IMG/VR virus record: IMGVR_UViG_3300038345_000251
Coordinates: 96,001 to 160,000 of that record
From: a virus
Taxonomy: Duplodnaviria > Heunggongvirae > Uroviricota > Caudoviricetes
Strand: one strand, 5' to 3'
DNA length: 64,000 bases
Under the pieces are notes generated by a model. It worked only from the letters and a program-made list of their open reading frames with translations. It did not search any database and was not told where the DNA came from. The position numbers and the translations under genes were made by a program. Below are positions 1 through 9,531 of the stretch, one piece after another (positions within the stretch are counted from its first letter, which is position 1; each line of letters begins with the position of its first letter).

Positions 1-1281
1 AGATAAATCTTCAACTTCAAGTGCTTTTTGTATTATTTGATTAAGTTTTGCTTCAAATATTTTTGTTTGGATTGAATATTGAATATTTAAATCAAACAAA
101 AGGCTTCCGTTAAGAAGACTATCAACCATTTCAGACAAAATAAGCCTTGGATTGAATAATTGAATATTATTAAGATAATCAATATTGAAACGATAAATTG
201 TTTTATTAAACAATGCATTTCTATACCAAGTTTGTTGTGGGAAAGTAACTTCAATACCATTATTATAACCATATACATCAGTTGGTTTCAATTGTAAAAT
301 TGGATGAAGAGGTAAATCAACAGTATCATTACCTTTACCATCATCTGATGTATAAGCATTTTGGTATCTTGATGCATCTGAAATTGTAAATAAACCTGTT
401 TCGTCTGTTTTACTATTAAGCCATTCATTCCATTTTTCAGGTGTACTTCTTAAATCTTCTTCAGCACCTTCTCTTTCATCAACAACTCTACTGTCCCACA
501 TCATTTTGTTTGTCTCTGTTTGATTAATAGATGTTCCTCTATTAATTACATACCAAAGAAAAGCATTTAAATCATTAACTTTATAAAGAGTATTAACATT
601 TAATGTTTCATCATCAACCCCCGAATAGAAATTAGAACCAATATCAGACAATGGGTATATATCTAATAAATTAAACATATCAATTAAATTTTTAGGAATT
701 GTAAATGATATATATCCATCACCTCTTGGGTTATAATCCATATATTGACTTGGAATTTCAGGATTAACAGAGCAAGACAATAAACTTGTTAAAATTGTAC
801 TTATTATTGATTTTACAGCATTTTCTAGCCCAATAATAAATTCACTTTGTGGCTCATCAGGAACAGGTGCTTTTTTAACATAGTAAGTACCATTGTCAAT
901 TGTAAGAAATTCAAAGTCACTTTCGGGTCTTACAACAATATAATTAGGACTTAATGAATCAATGTTTTCTGTTGGAACTTCGGGAACTTCAATTGCTTGC
1001 GCTTTTTGTTCATCTGTTGGTTTCCTGATTTGTTTGTATTGATAGTTTTTAATATTTCCATATACTTCAGATGCATTTGGTACATCAAAAAAAAGTTCGA
1101 TTAATTTATCAACCAATATTGTATCACTAACACCGAGTTGTTTTAAAACATCCATAACAAAGTCAATAACACTTGTATAAACTTTGTTACCAAACAATTC
1201 AAAAATACTCATTGGGAAATTCTCAATGAGAGTTTGAATTGCACCAATAGTGCCTATTACTTCTGTTGTTGTTGCTGCCAT
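1..1281 (-). CDS. Hypothetical protein, probably structural/late; runs off the window start
   Basis: ATG at 1281 (MAATTTEVIGTIGAIQTL...), open to position 1; directly follows 1283..1687 in a late-promoter unit. Missing from the ORF track because it is truncated. Confidence 0.75.
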   Translation of the reverse strand, partial: MAATTTEVIGTIGAIQTLIENFPMSIFELFGNKVYTSVIDFVMDVLKQLGVSDTILVDKLIELFFDVPNASEVYGNIKNYQYKQIRKPTDEQKAQAIEVPEVPTENIDSLSPNYIVVRPESDFEFLTIDNGTYYVKKAPVPDEPQSEFIIGLENAVKSIISTILTSLLSCSVNPEIPSQYMDYNPRGDGYISFTIPKNLIDMFNLLDIYPLSDIGSNFYSGVDDETLNVNTLYKVNDLNAFLWYVINRGTSINQTETNKMMWDSRVVDEREGAEEDLRSTPEKWNEWLNSKTDETGLFTISDASRYQNAYTSDDGKGNDTVDLPLHPILQLKPTDVYGYNNGIEVTFPQQTWYRNALFNKTIYRFNIDYLNNIQLFNPRLILSEMVDSLLNGSLLFDLNIQYSIQTKIFEAKLNQIIQKALEVEDLS

Positions 1282-1282
1282 T

Positions 1283-1687
1283 TTATTTCTTTAAAATATA
1301 TGTGTCTGTATCATCATCTTCATCAATTGACATTGCTACGTCTTTTAAACCTTTAATATCAAGTTTCGTTGCTTTTGCAAATCCAGGGTCATTAAGTGCA
1401 CCATTAATGTCACCATTATGTTTAACAATTTCTCCCATAAACTTAGCAATTTCAAATTTTGATTTAATTGCACGGTCTTTATCTCCCATGTAATCGTGAA
1501 TCGCCTTGGAGTATTTAGTTTTATCTTCAATTGTTATTTCTTCACTACCAAGGTTAATACTATTTGTCAACTTATCAATTTCGTTTTGAATTTGATTAAG
1601 TTGTCTACAAGCCTCATTATATATTTCTTGTAATAATTCTTCAATTTTATCAACTGAATTTAATTTTACTTTATATCTTTTTTCCAT
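1283..1687 (-). CDS. Hypothetical coiled-coil protein
   Basis: 134-aa ORF with ACTATTTAT motif 18 nt upstream. Confidence 0.75.
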   Translation of the reverse strand: MEKRYKVKLNSVDKIEELLQEIYNEACRQLNQIQNEIDKLTNSINLGSEEITIEDKTKYSKAIHDYMGDKDRAIKSKFEIAKFMGEIVKHNGDINGALNDPGFAKATKLDIKGLKDVAMSIDEDDDTDTYILKK

Positions 1688-1705
1688 AATATATTAATCT
1701 ATACA

Positions 1706-1714
1706 ATAAATAGT
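1706..1714 (-). promoter_or_regulatory. Putative phage late promoter ACTATTTAT
   Basis: Same 9-mer recurs upstream of 11 genes in sense orientation. Confidence 0.7.
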
Positions 1715-1728
1715 TGATACAAGATTTC

Positions 1729-2619
1729 TTATTCTACTTCTTTTTGTTTTAAAGTATAGTATAGTTTTTTAAAAGAACGCATATTATCACGAATTTCTTT
1801 AGTTGACATTAACGTTTCCTCACGTAAAAAATATAATACTGAACTCTTTAATAGTTTATTACTATCTTCACCTTTAATAAGGTTTTCCCAATTATTGTTA
1901 TCAAGTAAATCACATAAAGCATAACCAACTTTAATTTCTTTATCAGATAAATTATATTCTTCAGGTGATTCAATCATTTCTCTTATTTCTTTTGATGTTT
2001 GATTTATCAATTTTTCAGCAAGAATATATGAATCTTGATTTTCTGTTGAAAATCTTGTATCATTTTCGAATGTTTCAGAAATTGTATCATATGATGTGTT
2101 TCTTTGTTGGTCTTTAACCAATTGCATCCGTTTATAAATAAGATAATTTCTTACTACTGTTTGGCAATAAGAAAACGCTTTATATTTTCTTTCTTTTAAT
2201 TCGTAATATTTAAAACTATCATCAAAATAATCTATTACTAAAAACTTAGGATTTGTTTCCGTAACGTTTTTAAAAAATTCTTTTTTCCTATCTTCTGTTA
2301 CAATAACAGGCGTTTCGTTTTGTGGGATAAAATCAATTTCTTCGTATTCGTATATTGTATCTTTGTAATGAGATATTTTTGACATTAAATAGGAAAGAGT
2401 ATCATCAAATGTTTGTTGAAACTCTTCATCTGAACAATACAAGTTGTATCTTCTAATTATTGATTCAATCATTTTAACAAATGCAGGATAAAGATAATCG
2501 TTGAAAATTTTATTCTTTTTTTCTTTATCGGTTGTTGAAATGTAATCAATTACGGCTTGTTCTTCTGTTTCATAAAAATAACCTTTTCGTTCTTTTGGTT
2601 TTCTACCTCTTTTTGCCAT
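1729..2619 (-). CDS. Phage RNA polymerase sigma factor, gp55-like
   Basis: Sigma region 2-like segments (YF..TEEQAVIDY, LYPAFVKMIESII, KAFSYCQTVVRNYLI); ATG at 2619 (MAKRGRKP) preferred over the track start 2646. Confidence 0.6.
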   Translation of the reverse strand: MAKRGRKPKERKGYFYETEEQAVIDYISTTDKEKKNKIFNDYLYPAFVKMIESIIRRYNLYCSDEEFQQTFDDTLSYLMSKISHYKDTIYEYEEIDFIPQNETPVIVTEDRKKEFFKNVTETNPKFLVIDYFDDSFKYYELKERKYKAFSYCQTVVRNYLIYKRMQLVKDQQRNTSYDTISETFENDTRFSTENQDSYILAEKLINQTSKEIREMIESPEEYNLSDKEIKVGYALCDLLDNNNWENLIKGEDSNKLLKSSVLYFLREETLMSTKEIRDNMRSFKKLYYTLKQKEVE

Positions 2620-2725
2620 CTTTTGCTGCGTGTTTTTTCGCTGCAAAAACTATCCATCCATCTACATAATTTATATGTACTTTCTCTAAAAATTACTTAA
2701 ATATAAGTCTTACCGTTGATGTTAA

Positions 2726-2760
2726 AATGGTCAGAAATGTTTACAATTTTTCTGACCATT
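2726..2760 (-). terminator. Stem-loop, probable terminator
   Basis: AATGGTCAGAAA / TTTCTGACCATT inverted repeat downstream of the GT2 gene. Confidence 0.6.
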
Positions 2761-2778
2761 GTTTTGCATCGTTAATTA

Positions 2779-3561
2779 TTATTCGTAGATATAATGTGAA
2801 ATATCCCTTGTCTTTTTAAATAAGTAATCTTTTTGTGCCAAATCAATCCAGAATTCTGCTTCTTCTGGTTTCATTGTCTTATTATAAATTTCAGAAAGTG
2901 AATCTTCTCTATTAAGTGTATGAATATATCCAACCTTTGGGATAACATAAACTTTCTTATCATTACGTACTGCTCTTAAAAGGAATTCATACCAGAATGA
3001 AAGTTTAATAGGCTCTTTTAATTTACCTAATTCAATAAAATCTTCTGTCTTGAAAATCCCACCTGTTGTGTTGAAATTCATATAATTTAAAAGTGATTCC
3101 AAATCAAGGAAACCTAAATTTTCCGAAAATGAAGTTGCAAGTGGTGCTTCATTGATATATCCAACAGGTCCTTCATCTTTTTTATCAAACAAAACAATTT
3201 CAGTTAATGGAAGATAAATTGAAATACTTTCATCTAATTGGAAATACTCTTTTACGTTCTTAAACCAATTTGGTGTATATACATCATCAAACTCCAAGAT
3301 TGAAAAATATTTCCTACATTTATCAACTGCTGTATTGATTTGTGAACAGAAGTCTGATTTACTACTTTCGACAAAACTTGTTCTTTCTGATTTACCATAT
3401 TTTTCTTTTAAACTTGCTAAAACCTTTTTAGGCGCAACAAAAAGCAATTCTGAATCATTATCTTTATCTGTCTCATAAAAACTTTGAACCGCTTTTTCTA
3501 AAAGCACTTCAACATTATCGTTAAATTCATGAACAGGTACTATAACAGTTAAATCTTTCAT
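2779..3561 (-). CDS. Glycosyltransferase family 2 (GT-A fold)
   Basis: LTVIVPVH N-terminus, INTAVD, ILEFDDVY DxD-like motif. Confidence 0.75.
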   Translation of the reverse strand: MKDLTVIVPVHEFNDNVEVLLEKAVQSFYETDKDNDSELLFVAPKKVLASLKEKYGKSERTSFVESSKSDFCSQINTAVDKCRKYFSILEFDDVYTPNWFKNVKEYFQLDESISIYLPLTEIVLFDKKDEGPVGYINEAPLATSFSENLGFLDLESLLNYMNFNTTGGIFKTEDFIELGKLKEPIKLSFWYEFLLRAVRNDKKVYVIPKVGYIHTLNREDSLSEIYNKTMKPEEAEFWIDLAQKDYLFKKTRDISHYIYE

Positions 3562-3571
3562 ATAATATTAT

Positions 3572-4693
3572 TTATTTCTTTTTATTCTTAATTTGTGTTA
3601 AAACTTCTTCAAAATCTTTCTTTCTCTTGTCAATTATTTGAGTGCCATAAACGTATTCAATTTCTTTCTTTTGTGTTTCTCTGGTATATAAATCATCAAG
3701 TTTATGTCCACATTCAAATAATTCATCAGGAATTTTATCAAGTGTCCATGTTCTAACAACACTTGCTAACATATCAGGAACATCATCAATATTTTCAAAC
3801 CAAATACAAGCATCTGTTAATTTTTTTTCACCTGTTTCTGTATCAACTTCAGTATTCCAATCAGTTAACCTCTGTGGTATTTTTGCTAATACAATACTTC
3901 CACATCTTAATGCTTCCAAAGGTGAATATCCAAAGTTTGTCTTCTCATCAATCCAAATTGTAATTGCGTTTTCTCTATATGCTTCACTAACAAGTTCTTG
4001 TGAAAAACCTCTAAGTTCTGCAAATGAAACCCATTTGTAAATAGGATATTTCCAATAAAAAGGTTTCATAATTCTATGAATATCACTTTGGTCTTTGGAA
4101 ACAACATTTACCATAAGTTTTCTTGGTTTGTCAGAGTTTCTGAATACAGGATTAATTGATGGTGATACAACCATAATGTTCATTGAAGGGAAATATGACT
4201 GAAGGATTTTCTTTTGTTCTTCTGTATTTGTAATAATATCATTAATTTTTAAATCCTGAAAACTTGCAGCCATTGGCATTGATTCACAAAGCCAGTTATA
4301 ATTTTGTACAAGTACAATTTTTTTACATGGTGCATTCTTTAATGCAATCATTACGTTACCAAAAATTTCTGGAATAACGATAAAATCACTTGGTTCAAGA
4401 TTTACAACATCTTTCTGTACTTGTCCTGTTTGGTGCTGTTTGTGTGGAAGTTCTGCATATTTTTCGCCAAGCCATTCCCCAACACCAACAAAATCATCAT
4501 CATGGTGAAGCATACATACATTATAACCAAGTTCTTTAAGTGTATAAGCGGTTTGATAAATATACTCTAAAGTACCTGAAGGATTTCCTTTGGTATCAAA
4601 CACATAAAAATATATTGTAAAAGATTTATCATTGATTTTACCAATGTTTTTCTCTACAATTTCAATCATTTCTTTTTTTGATAATTCTGCCAT
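3572..4693 (-). CDS. Glycosyltransferase, GT-B fold (GT4-like)
   Basis: DFIVIPE and NFGYSPLEALRCG (E-x7-E-like donor motif). Confidence 0.7.
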   Translation of the reverse strand: MAELSKKEMIEIVEKNIGKINDKSFTIYFYVFDTKGNPSGTLEYIYQTAYTLKELGYNVCMLHHDDDFVGVGEWLGEKYAELPHKQHQTGQVQKDVVNLEPSDFIVIPEIFGNVMIALKNAPCKKIVLVQNYNWLCESMPMAASFQDLKINDIITNTEEQKKILQSYFPSMNIMVVSPSINPVFRNSDKPRKLMVNVVSKDQSDIHRIMKPFYWKYPIYKWVSFAELRGFSQELVSEAYRENAITIWIDEKTNFGYSPLEALRCGSIVLAKIPQRLTDWNTEVDTETGEKKLTDACIWFENIDDVPDMLASVVRTWTLDKIPDELFECGHKLDDLYTRETQKKEIEYVYGTQIIDKRKKDFEEVLTQIKNKKK

Positions 4694-4700
4694 ATTCTTT

Positions 4701-5288
4701 TTATTTAGACAATAAGTTATTTATATTTTCTTTATTATTAATAAAATCACCTAATTTTTTGTATTCATAATCTGCTTCTGAATCTTTGTTATATTCAGTT
4801 AAAATTTTTATAGTAATTTTATCATCTGGTTTTGCATCAAGAAGTAATGGATTTGCTGTTATAAGTATATCACATTTATCCCAAATTGTTCTTGAATCCA
4901 TTGGGAAATAAACTTCTCTAACACCACATCCTAAGTTACCAATAAATGCGAATGAATAACTTAAAGATGCACCATATTCCATTGTTGAAACGAAAAGAAC
5001 TTCAATAGGTTCATCATAATCTTTTAATGATTTAAAGAAGTCTTTAAGTTCTACTGATAATTTTTTTGTACAAGTTCCACATTTGCAAAAAAGTTCGTAT
5101 GGATAATCTTCATATACGAATTTTTGATATGCTCTTTCTGTCTTAAATGTAAGGAGTGATTGCATATCGTTTGTCCACATTTCAAAATCTGTTGTATCAA
5201 ATTCTGAATTGAAGTAATTAAGGTATGTGCTAATAAAGTTATTAGAATAATCACGTACTACATCGTTTAAATCTATTGCAATTTTCAT
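4701..5288 (-). CDS. HAD-superfamily 5'(3')-deoxyribonucleotidase-like protein
   Basis: KIAIDLNDVVRD motif I variant, DILIT, C-terminal TEYNKD. Confidence 0.6.
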   Translation of the reverse strand: MKIAIDLNDVVRDYSNNFISTYLNYFNSEFDTTDFEMWTNDMQSLLTFKTERAYQKFVYEDYPYELFCKCGTCTKKLSVELKDFFKSLKDYDEPIEVLFVSTMEYGASLSYSFAFIGNLGCGVREVYFPMDSRTIWDKCDILITANPLLLDAKPDDKITIKILTEYNKDSEADYEYKKLGDFINNKENINNLLSK

Positions 5289-6295
5289 TCGTCTGTATTT
5301 TTATCTTTATTTAATTCTTCTTGTTTTTCATGTCTCATAATTGTATTAATATCAACTGTTTTACCATCCCTTACAGCATGGGTTTCAAGTTTTTTATCAA
5401 GTTCATCAGTATGATATTTTTCAATTGCTGAATAATTTACTTTATTATTTGCTTTAAGTGTAATTACAAAATTTCCATCATGTACATTTACACTTTTATA
5501 TTTAATGTTATCGAATTCAAAATGTGAAGGGTTTGGAACACCGTATGCTTTATCAGTATCAAATACTATTTCAGATAATTCTACAACATCAGACGTTCTT
5601 AACTCTTTTTTTAATAATCTATTAAGTTCACTAATCAACAATGCACTATTATCTTTTTTTACTTTTCCGTGTTTGTCTGCAACAAATCCAAACTGACTTG
5701 CATATATTGATACATAGAAGTCAAGGTATGAAGTCTTATCATCAATAACCCTTACAACAAGTTTATTTGCGTAATCTTCTATTTTAAACCTTGGAATAAA
5801 GTCACCTCTTTTGATTCTAAACACAGAAACGTAATCATCTTCATTAAAATTTTCAGCAAAGAAATTATTTTGTGTTTGTACTAAAACATTATCTTGAATA
5901 CATTTTAAATGTAAATTTTCAGGATTAAACACTTCTATTTTACAAGTAAAATCAAGTGCTGTTTTCTTTCTTGAAGTTGCTTTCAATGTAATATTAGGGT
6001 TATCAAAGTCATTGGCTAATGTTTCAATATCAACACCATCAATATCAACATGAATTTTACTTGCTTCATGTATTGTTCTATAATATTCATCACGCATTTC
6101 TTTAACTCTTTGGGTTTCTTCACCTTTTAATAAGTCATTAAATACGTTGTCAATTTCTTGTTGTTGATTTATTTCACTATTTGAAGAACCATATGATGCC
6201 TTTGTGGATATGACATTATCGGCTGATTTCATACCACGAAATAAACCATACCATAATAATCTTACACTATTTATTATGTTTTTAATTTTCTTCAT
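5285..6295 (-). CDS. Hypothetical protein
   Basis: 336-aa ORF overlapping both neighbours in an operon. Confidence 0.75.
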   Translation of the reverse strand: MKKIKNIINSVRLLWYGLFRGMKSADNVISTKASYGSSNSEINQQQEIDNVFNDLLKGEETQRVKEMRDEYYRTIHEASKIHVDIDGVDIETLANDFDNPNITLKATSRKKTALDFTCKIEVFNPENLHLKCIQDNVLVQTQNNFFAENFNEDDYVSVFRIKRGDFIPRFKIEDYANKLVVRVIDDKTSYLDFYVSIYASQFGFVADKHGKVKKDNSALLISELNRLLKKELRTSDVVELSEIVFDTDKAYGVPNPSHFEFDNIKYKSVNVHDGNFVITLKANNKVNYSAIEKYHTDELDKKLETHAVRDGKTVDINTIMRHEKQEELNKDKNTDE

Positions 6296-6524
6296 TGATA
6301 ATGTTATTTAATCTATTTTCAATTTCGTCTAGTATTTGATTATGTATTTTACTATACTTGTTACCTTTCTTTTCAAGTTCAAGTAATTCGTTAATATATG
6401 GTGTTGTTTGCCCACGAAGTGCTATTGCTTCATTTTGTAACTTCGTGTAAATAATCATACACGCTTTTTCTAAATTTATTAGTTCTTCCAAAGATACTGA
6501 ACTTAAATTATAAAACTCTGCCAT
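6282..6524 (-). CDS. Hypothetical protein
   Basis: 80-aa ORF, first gene of a minus-strand operon. Confidence 0.65.
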   Translation of the reverse strand: MAEFYNLSSVSLEELINLEKACMIIYTKLQNEAIALRGQTTPYINELLELEKKGNKYSKIHNQILDEIENRLNNIINEEN

Positions 6525-6538
6525 ATTGTTTTTATTTT

Positions 6539-6592
6539 AAAATAATAAATTGTATTAAAAAGTAAAGATTTTAGTGATAATAAACTATTTAT
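6539..6592. repeat. 54-bp divergent-promoter repeat, copy 1
   Basis: 53/54 identical to 12867..12920; ends in ACTATTTAT on the + strand. Confidence 0.9.
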
Positions 6593-6613
6593 ATTAAAAT
6601 AAAACGTAATATT

Positions 6614-7168
6614 ATGGAAAAAATTAAGTTAACTGAAAATAAATTAAATCAAATTATTTCTGAATGCATAACAGAAGTTTTGAAAGAAATGAATGAGAAT
6701 AAACAAACTGAAACAAAAAAACAAGTTAGATTAACTGAAGCACAACTTACTAAACTTGTTGCTGAAAGTACTGTCAGAATTCTTAAAGAATCTGATATGG
6801 ATGAAAGCTGGTTTAGTAGTGTTGGTAAAGGTATTAAAAACATGGTTAACAATGGTGGTGGTTTAAATGGTTTTAGAAATACCTATAACGATTCACGTGC
6901 TGCTGATATGAACCAAAAAGCACAAGCACAAGCAGATGCTAACAGTGCAAAAGAACAACAAATTCGTACTAAATACGAACAAATGAAACAACAATTACAG
7001 CAACAACTTAATGGTTTGGATACACAAATGCAGCAAGAGTTAGCACAGATTGGTGCAGGACAAAAAGACTATGCAGGAAAAGCAGCAAATTATACTAAAA
7101 ACGCAGAAAATGCAAGAAAAGCACACTATAATTCATGGAATCCTCAAGACCAACAACCAATGTCATAA
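6614..7168 (+). CDS. Late protein with duplicated leader motif and Gln/Ala-rich coiled coil; putative internal head protein
   Basis: KIKLTENKLNQIISE..LKE and QVRLTEAQLTKLVAES..LKE; own late promoter and terminator. Confidence 0.7.
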   Translation: MEKIKLTENKLNQIISECITEVLKEMNENKQTETKKQVRLTEAQLTKLVAESTVRILKESDMDESWFSSVGKGIKNMVNNGGGLNGFRNTYNDSRAADMNQKAQAQADANSAKEQQIRTKYEQMKQQLQQQLNGLDTQMQQELAQIGAGQKDYAGKAANYTKNAENARKAHYNSWNPQDQQPMS

Positions 7169-7189
7169 CTTGTTACTAAATGAAAAATT

Positions 7190-7220
7190 AAAAGCCGTAG
7201 AGTTTTCTACGGCTTTTTTT
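7190..7220. terminator. Bidirectional intrinsic terminator
   Basis: AAAAGCCGTAGA-GTTT-TCTACGGCTTTT between convergent genes. Confidence 0.85.
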
Positions 7221-7389
7221 ACATATATTCCCAATAATCAATACTATCTATTGGATAAAAAAGATTGTCTTTTTCTGAACAAAATTTAGGTTCGCTATCT
7301 ATGTCAAATTGTGGTTCTAAATAACCATGTTTCTCCCTACCATTAACGTAGAATCGTATATTTGCGTAGTATTTAGGTAATCGTCTCAT
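7219..7389 (-). CDS. Small hypothetical protein (56 aa)
   Basis: MRRLPKYYANIRFYVNG...WEYM; start overlaps the upstream stop (TAATG); below the ORF-track cutoff. Confidence 0.6.
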   Translation of the reverse strand: MRRLPKYYANIRFYVNGREKHGYLEPQFDIDSEPKFCSEKDNLFYPIDSIDYWEYM

Positions 7390-8552
7390 TAATTATTATA
7401 TCTAATGGTTGTTATTCTAACCCATCGACTATCCTTATATTCGTCAAGTGTTCTTGAATCAGTATATGACATAGCAGAACGAAGGAAATCTGTTTCATTC
7501 TCTGCCCATCCCTTAATGTCATATTCAACTTTCTGATACTTGAACAACCCCTCAGAAGTTTTAAGGTTCTTTACTTCCTGTGTATTAGCAGATGCAATAA
7601 GTGCTTGTGCAATTTTAGTACTCATACCAAAATTCTCTTTCCACACAGTAAGTTTATTTTCCTTAATAAGTTGATATGTTTCTTCATACTTATCTTTTGG
7701 TACTTCTTTACCGTAGGTGAGTAAAGTTTTAATTGGACGGTAAATCTTCTTTCCACGAACATTAAAATAAGAACTACCATAAGTTGTTCTACCAGCACTT
7801 TCCATTGCCTTATTAAACAATCCACCAATCATTACATAATCAGCAAAAATAAGTGCTTTCTGAATATCCCTAAATCCTTTAATATTTCCATCAGCAATAA
7901 TCTTACACTTACCATTAATCTCTTGCTTAATATTATAAATTTCTTCAAGTAAACTAAAATAAGGATAATGAATAGCAACATTAGAACTTGTACTACAAAC
8001 TGAACCGCCACCAATTCCAACTCTAACATATTGAATACCAACACTTTCGTAATCTCTATATGCTTCTGGGTTAGCAATATTACCTGTCATGATACAAATT
8101 TTATCACCATTAAGGTTTTTAATTTCTTTACATGTATCAAGAAGACACTTCATATGTCCGTTAGCAAGGTCAACACATATGTTATATGGCAATGTTCTTT
8201 CTCCAAGTTTTACCATAGTTGCATGATACTTGTCAATAAACAAATCTTTTGCTTCAGCAAGTGAAAATGCTACAAAGTTCCCTTCATTTTTTGAAAGGAA
8301 ATCAAGTCTTTCTTCAACAGAATAACTTCTTGGAATAACAGTTCTAATTCTTGCTTCATTAAATGCGCCTGTGTTTTCAATTGATACAACAGAACTCATC
8401 GGTGCTGCAAAAATTGGAAGATAACCATCTTCATCGTATGGATTACATTCTTTTCTACTTGAAATTGTACTGATTCTTTCAGGTATTACAGTAATATCAT
8501 CATAATTAAGTGCTACACCATTACTGTAAATAGGATTGTCAATTCTTGTCAT
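7389..8552 (-). CDS. IMP dehydrogenase / GMP reductase family protein
   Basis: LNYDD, PIFAAPM, VDLANGH, GNIA, RVGIGGGSVCST with catalytic Cys, IIADG, VMIGG, LRSAMSY. Confidence 0.9.
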   Translation of the reverse strand: MTRIDNPIYSNGVALNYDDITVIPERISTISSRKECNPYDEDGYLPIFAAPMSSVVSIENTGAFNEARIRTVIPRSYSVEERLDFLSKNEGNFVAFSLAEAKDLFIDKYHATMVKLGERTLPYNICVDLANGHMKCLLDTCKEIKNLNGDKICIMTGNIANPEAYRDYESVGIQYVRVGIGGGSVCSTSSNVAIHYPYFSLLEEIYNIKQEINGKCKIIADGNIKGFRDIQKALIFADYVMIGGLFNKAMESAGRTTYGSSYFNVRGKKIYRPIKTLLTYGKEVPKDKYEETYQLIKENKLTVWKENFGMSTKIAQALIASANTQEVKNLKTSEGLFKYQKVEYDIKGWAENETDFLRSAMSYTDSRTLDEYKDSRWVRITTIRYNN

Positions 8553-8811
8553 TTAAATGTTCATCAATTAATTTATTAATTTTATCTAATTTTTCGTCAA
8601 CTTTTTTGAATTCTTCCTCATCAAGAAGCACAGGATTAATACAATCAACTTTTATGCCAATATTGTTATAGTCAGGAACAAAAATCAATTTTACCGATTT
8701 ATCAAAAAATGAACTAATAGAATTTCTTACATCATCAATAGCCTGAAACACATTTGACATATCCTCAGTTCCAACATAAATGACAACAATAAGTTTTTTA
8801 TTATCCCTCAT
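8539..8811 (-). CDS. Hypothetical protein
   Basis: 90-aa operon ORF. Confidence 0.65.
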   Translation of the reverse strand: MRDNKKLIVVIYVGTEDMSNVFQAIDDVRNSISSFFDKSVKLIFVPDYNNIGIKVDCINPVLLDEEEFKKVDEKLDKINKLIDEHLNDKN

Positions 8812-8812
8812 A

Positions 8813-9331
8813 TTATTTAAATAATTTTTTTATTTTCTGAAATATGTTTTTTTTCTTAACAGGCATTTCATTTCTTTCTTCATTTGTCATTCTAACTACT
8901 GTTACAGGTATTGGGCCATCACCTGCTACTAAATCATCTAAATCTTTAAACGAAATATGTAATCCCCACATATTTATATCATCTTCAGGAATTTCCCAAT
9001 CTCTAAAAGATTTATAATCCCCAAATCTATCTTGTTCTTCTTTATGAATTGGTTTACAAGTATACATATGAATTTCGTTACCAAAGTAATCGTTAAAACA
9101 TATAACCCATATTCCTGTTTCTTTATCTGATTTAACAATATTAACAGATACAGTTCCTTCATCTTCTTTTAAATCAAGAACATTTGGAATCCACATATCA
9201 CTTCCAATTGGGGTATTTGGTGGTATATGATAACCGTTTTCTTTTTTAATAGGGATATATTTACTTAAAAGAATATATCCTTCTTCATCACCAGTATTGG
9301 TAACATATAATTCTCTAGCTGGTAGTCCCAT
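8813..9331 (-). CDS. Hypothetical protein
   Basis: Start placed at ATG 9331 (MGLPAREL), just after the dut exon 2 stop. Confidence 0.65.
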   Translation of the reverse strand: MGLPARELYVTNTGDEEGYILLSKYIPIKKENGYHIPPNTPIGSDMWIPNVLDLKEDEGTVSVNIVKSDKETGIWVICFNDYFGNEIHMYTCKPIHKEEQDRFGDYKSFRDWEIPEDDINMWGLHISFKDLDDLVAGDGPIPVTVVRMTNEERNEMPVKKKNIFQKIKKLFK

Positions 9332-9335
9332 AATA

Positions 9336-9531
9336 TTAATTATTTCCTGTACTTCCAAATCCACCAGAACCTCTTTCGGTAGATTCATTTATTTCATCAA
9401 CAAATTCAAATTCACAAGGATATGAAAACCCCAACTTAATTTGTCCAATACGTTCACCAACTGTATAACGAGGTAATTCTTTTATAACATGATAAAAAAC
9501 AGCCATTGCTTCACCTCTATAAAATTCATCT
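9336..9531 (-). CDS. dut: dUTPase exon 2
   Basis: Encodes DEFYRGE (motif III), GERIGQI (IV), ERGSGGFGSTG (V); no start codon of its own. Confidence 0.9.

Noticed and set aside
6584-6593. T4-type TATAAATA late promoter on the opposite strand
   Set aside because: Across 11 sites the motif orientation tracks the downstream gene as ACTATTTAT on the sense strand.
9332-9388. ORF-track start of 8813..9388
   Set aside because: It overlaps dut exon 2 in another frame; ATG 9331 is preferred.
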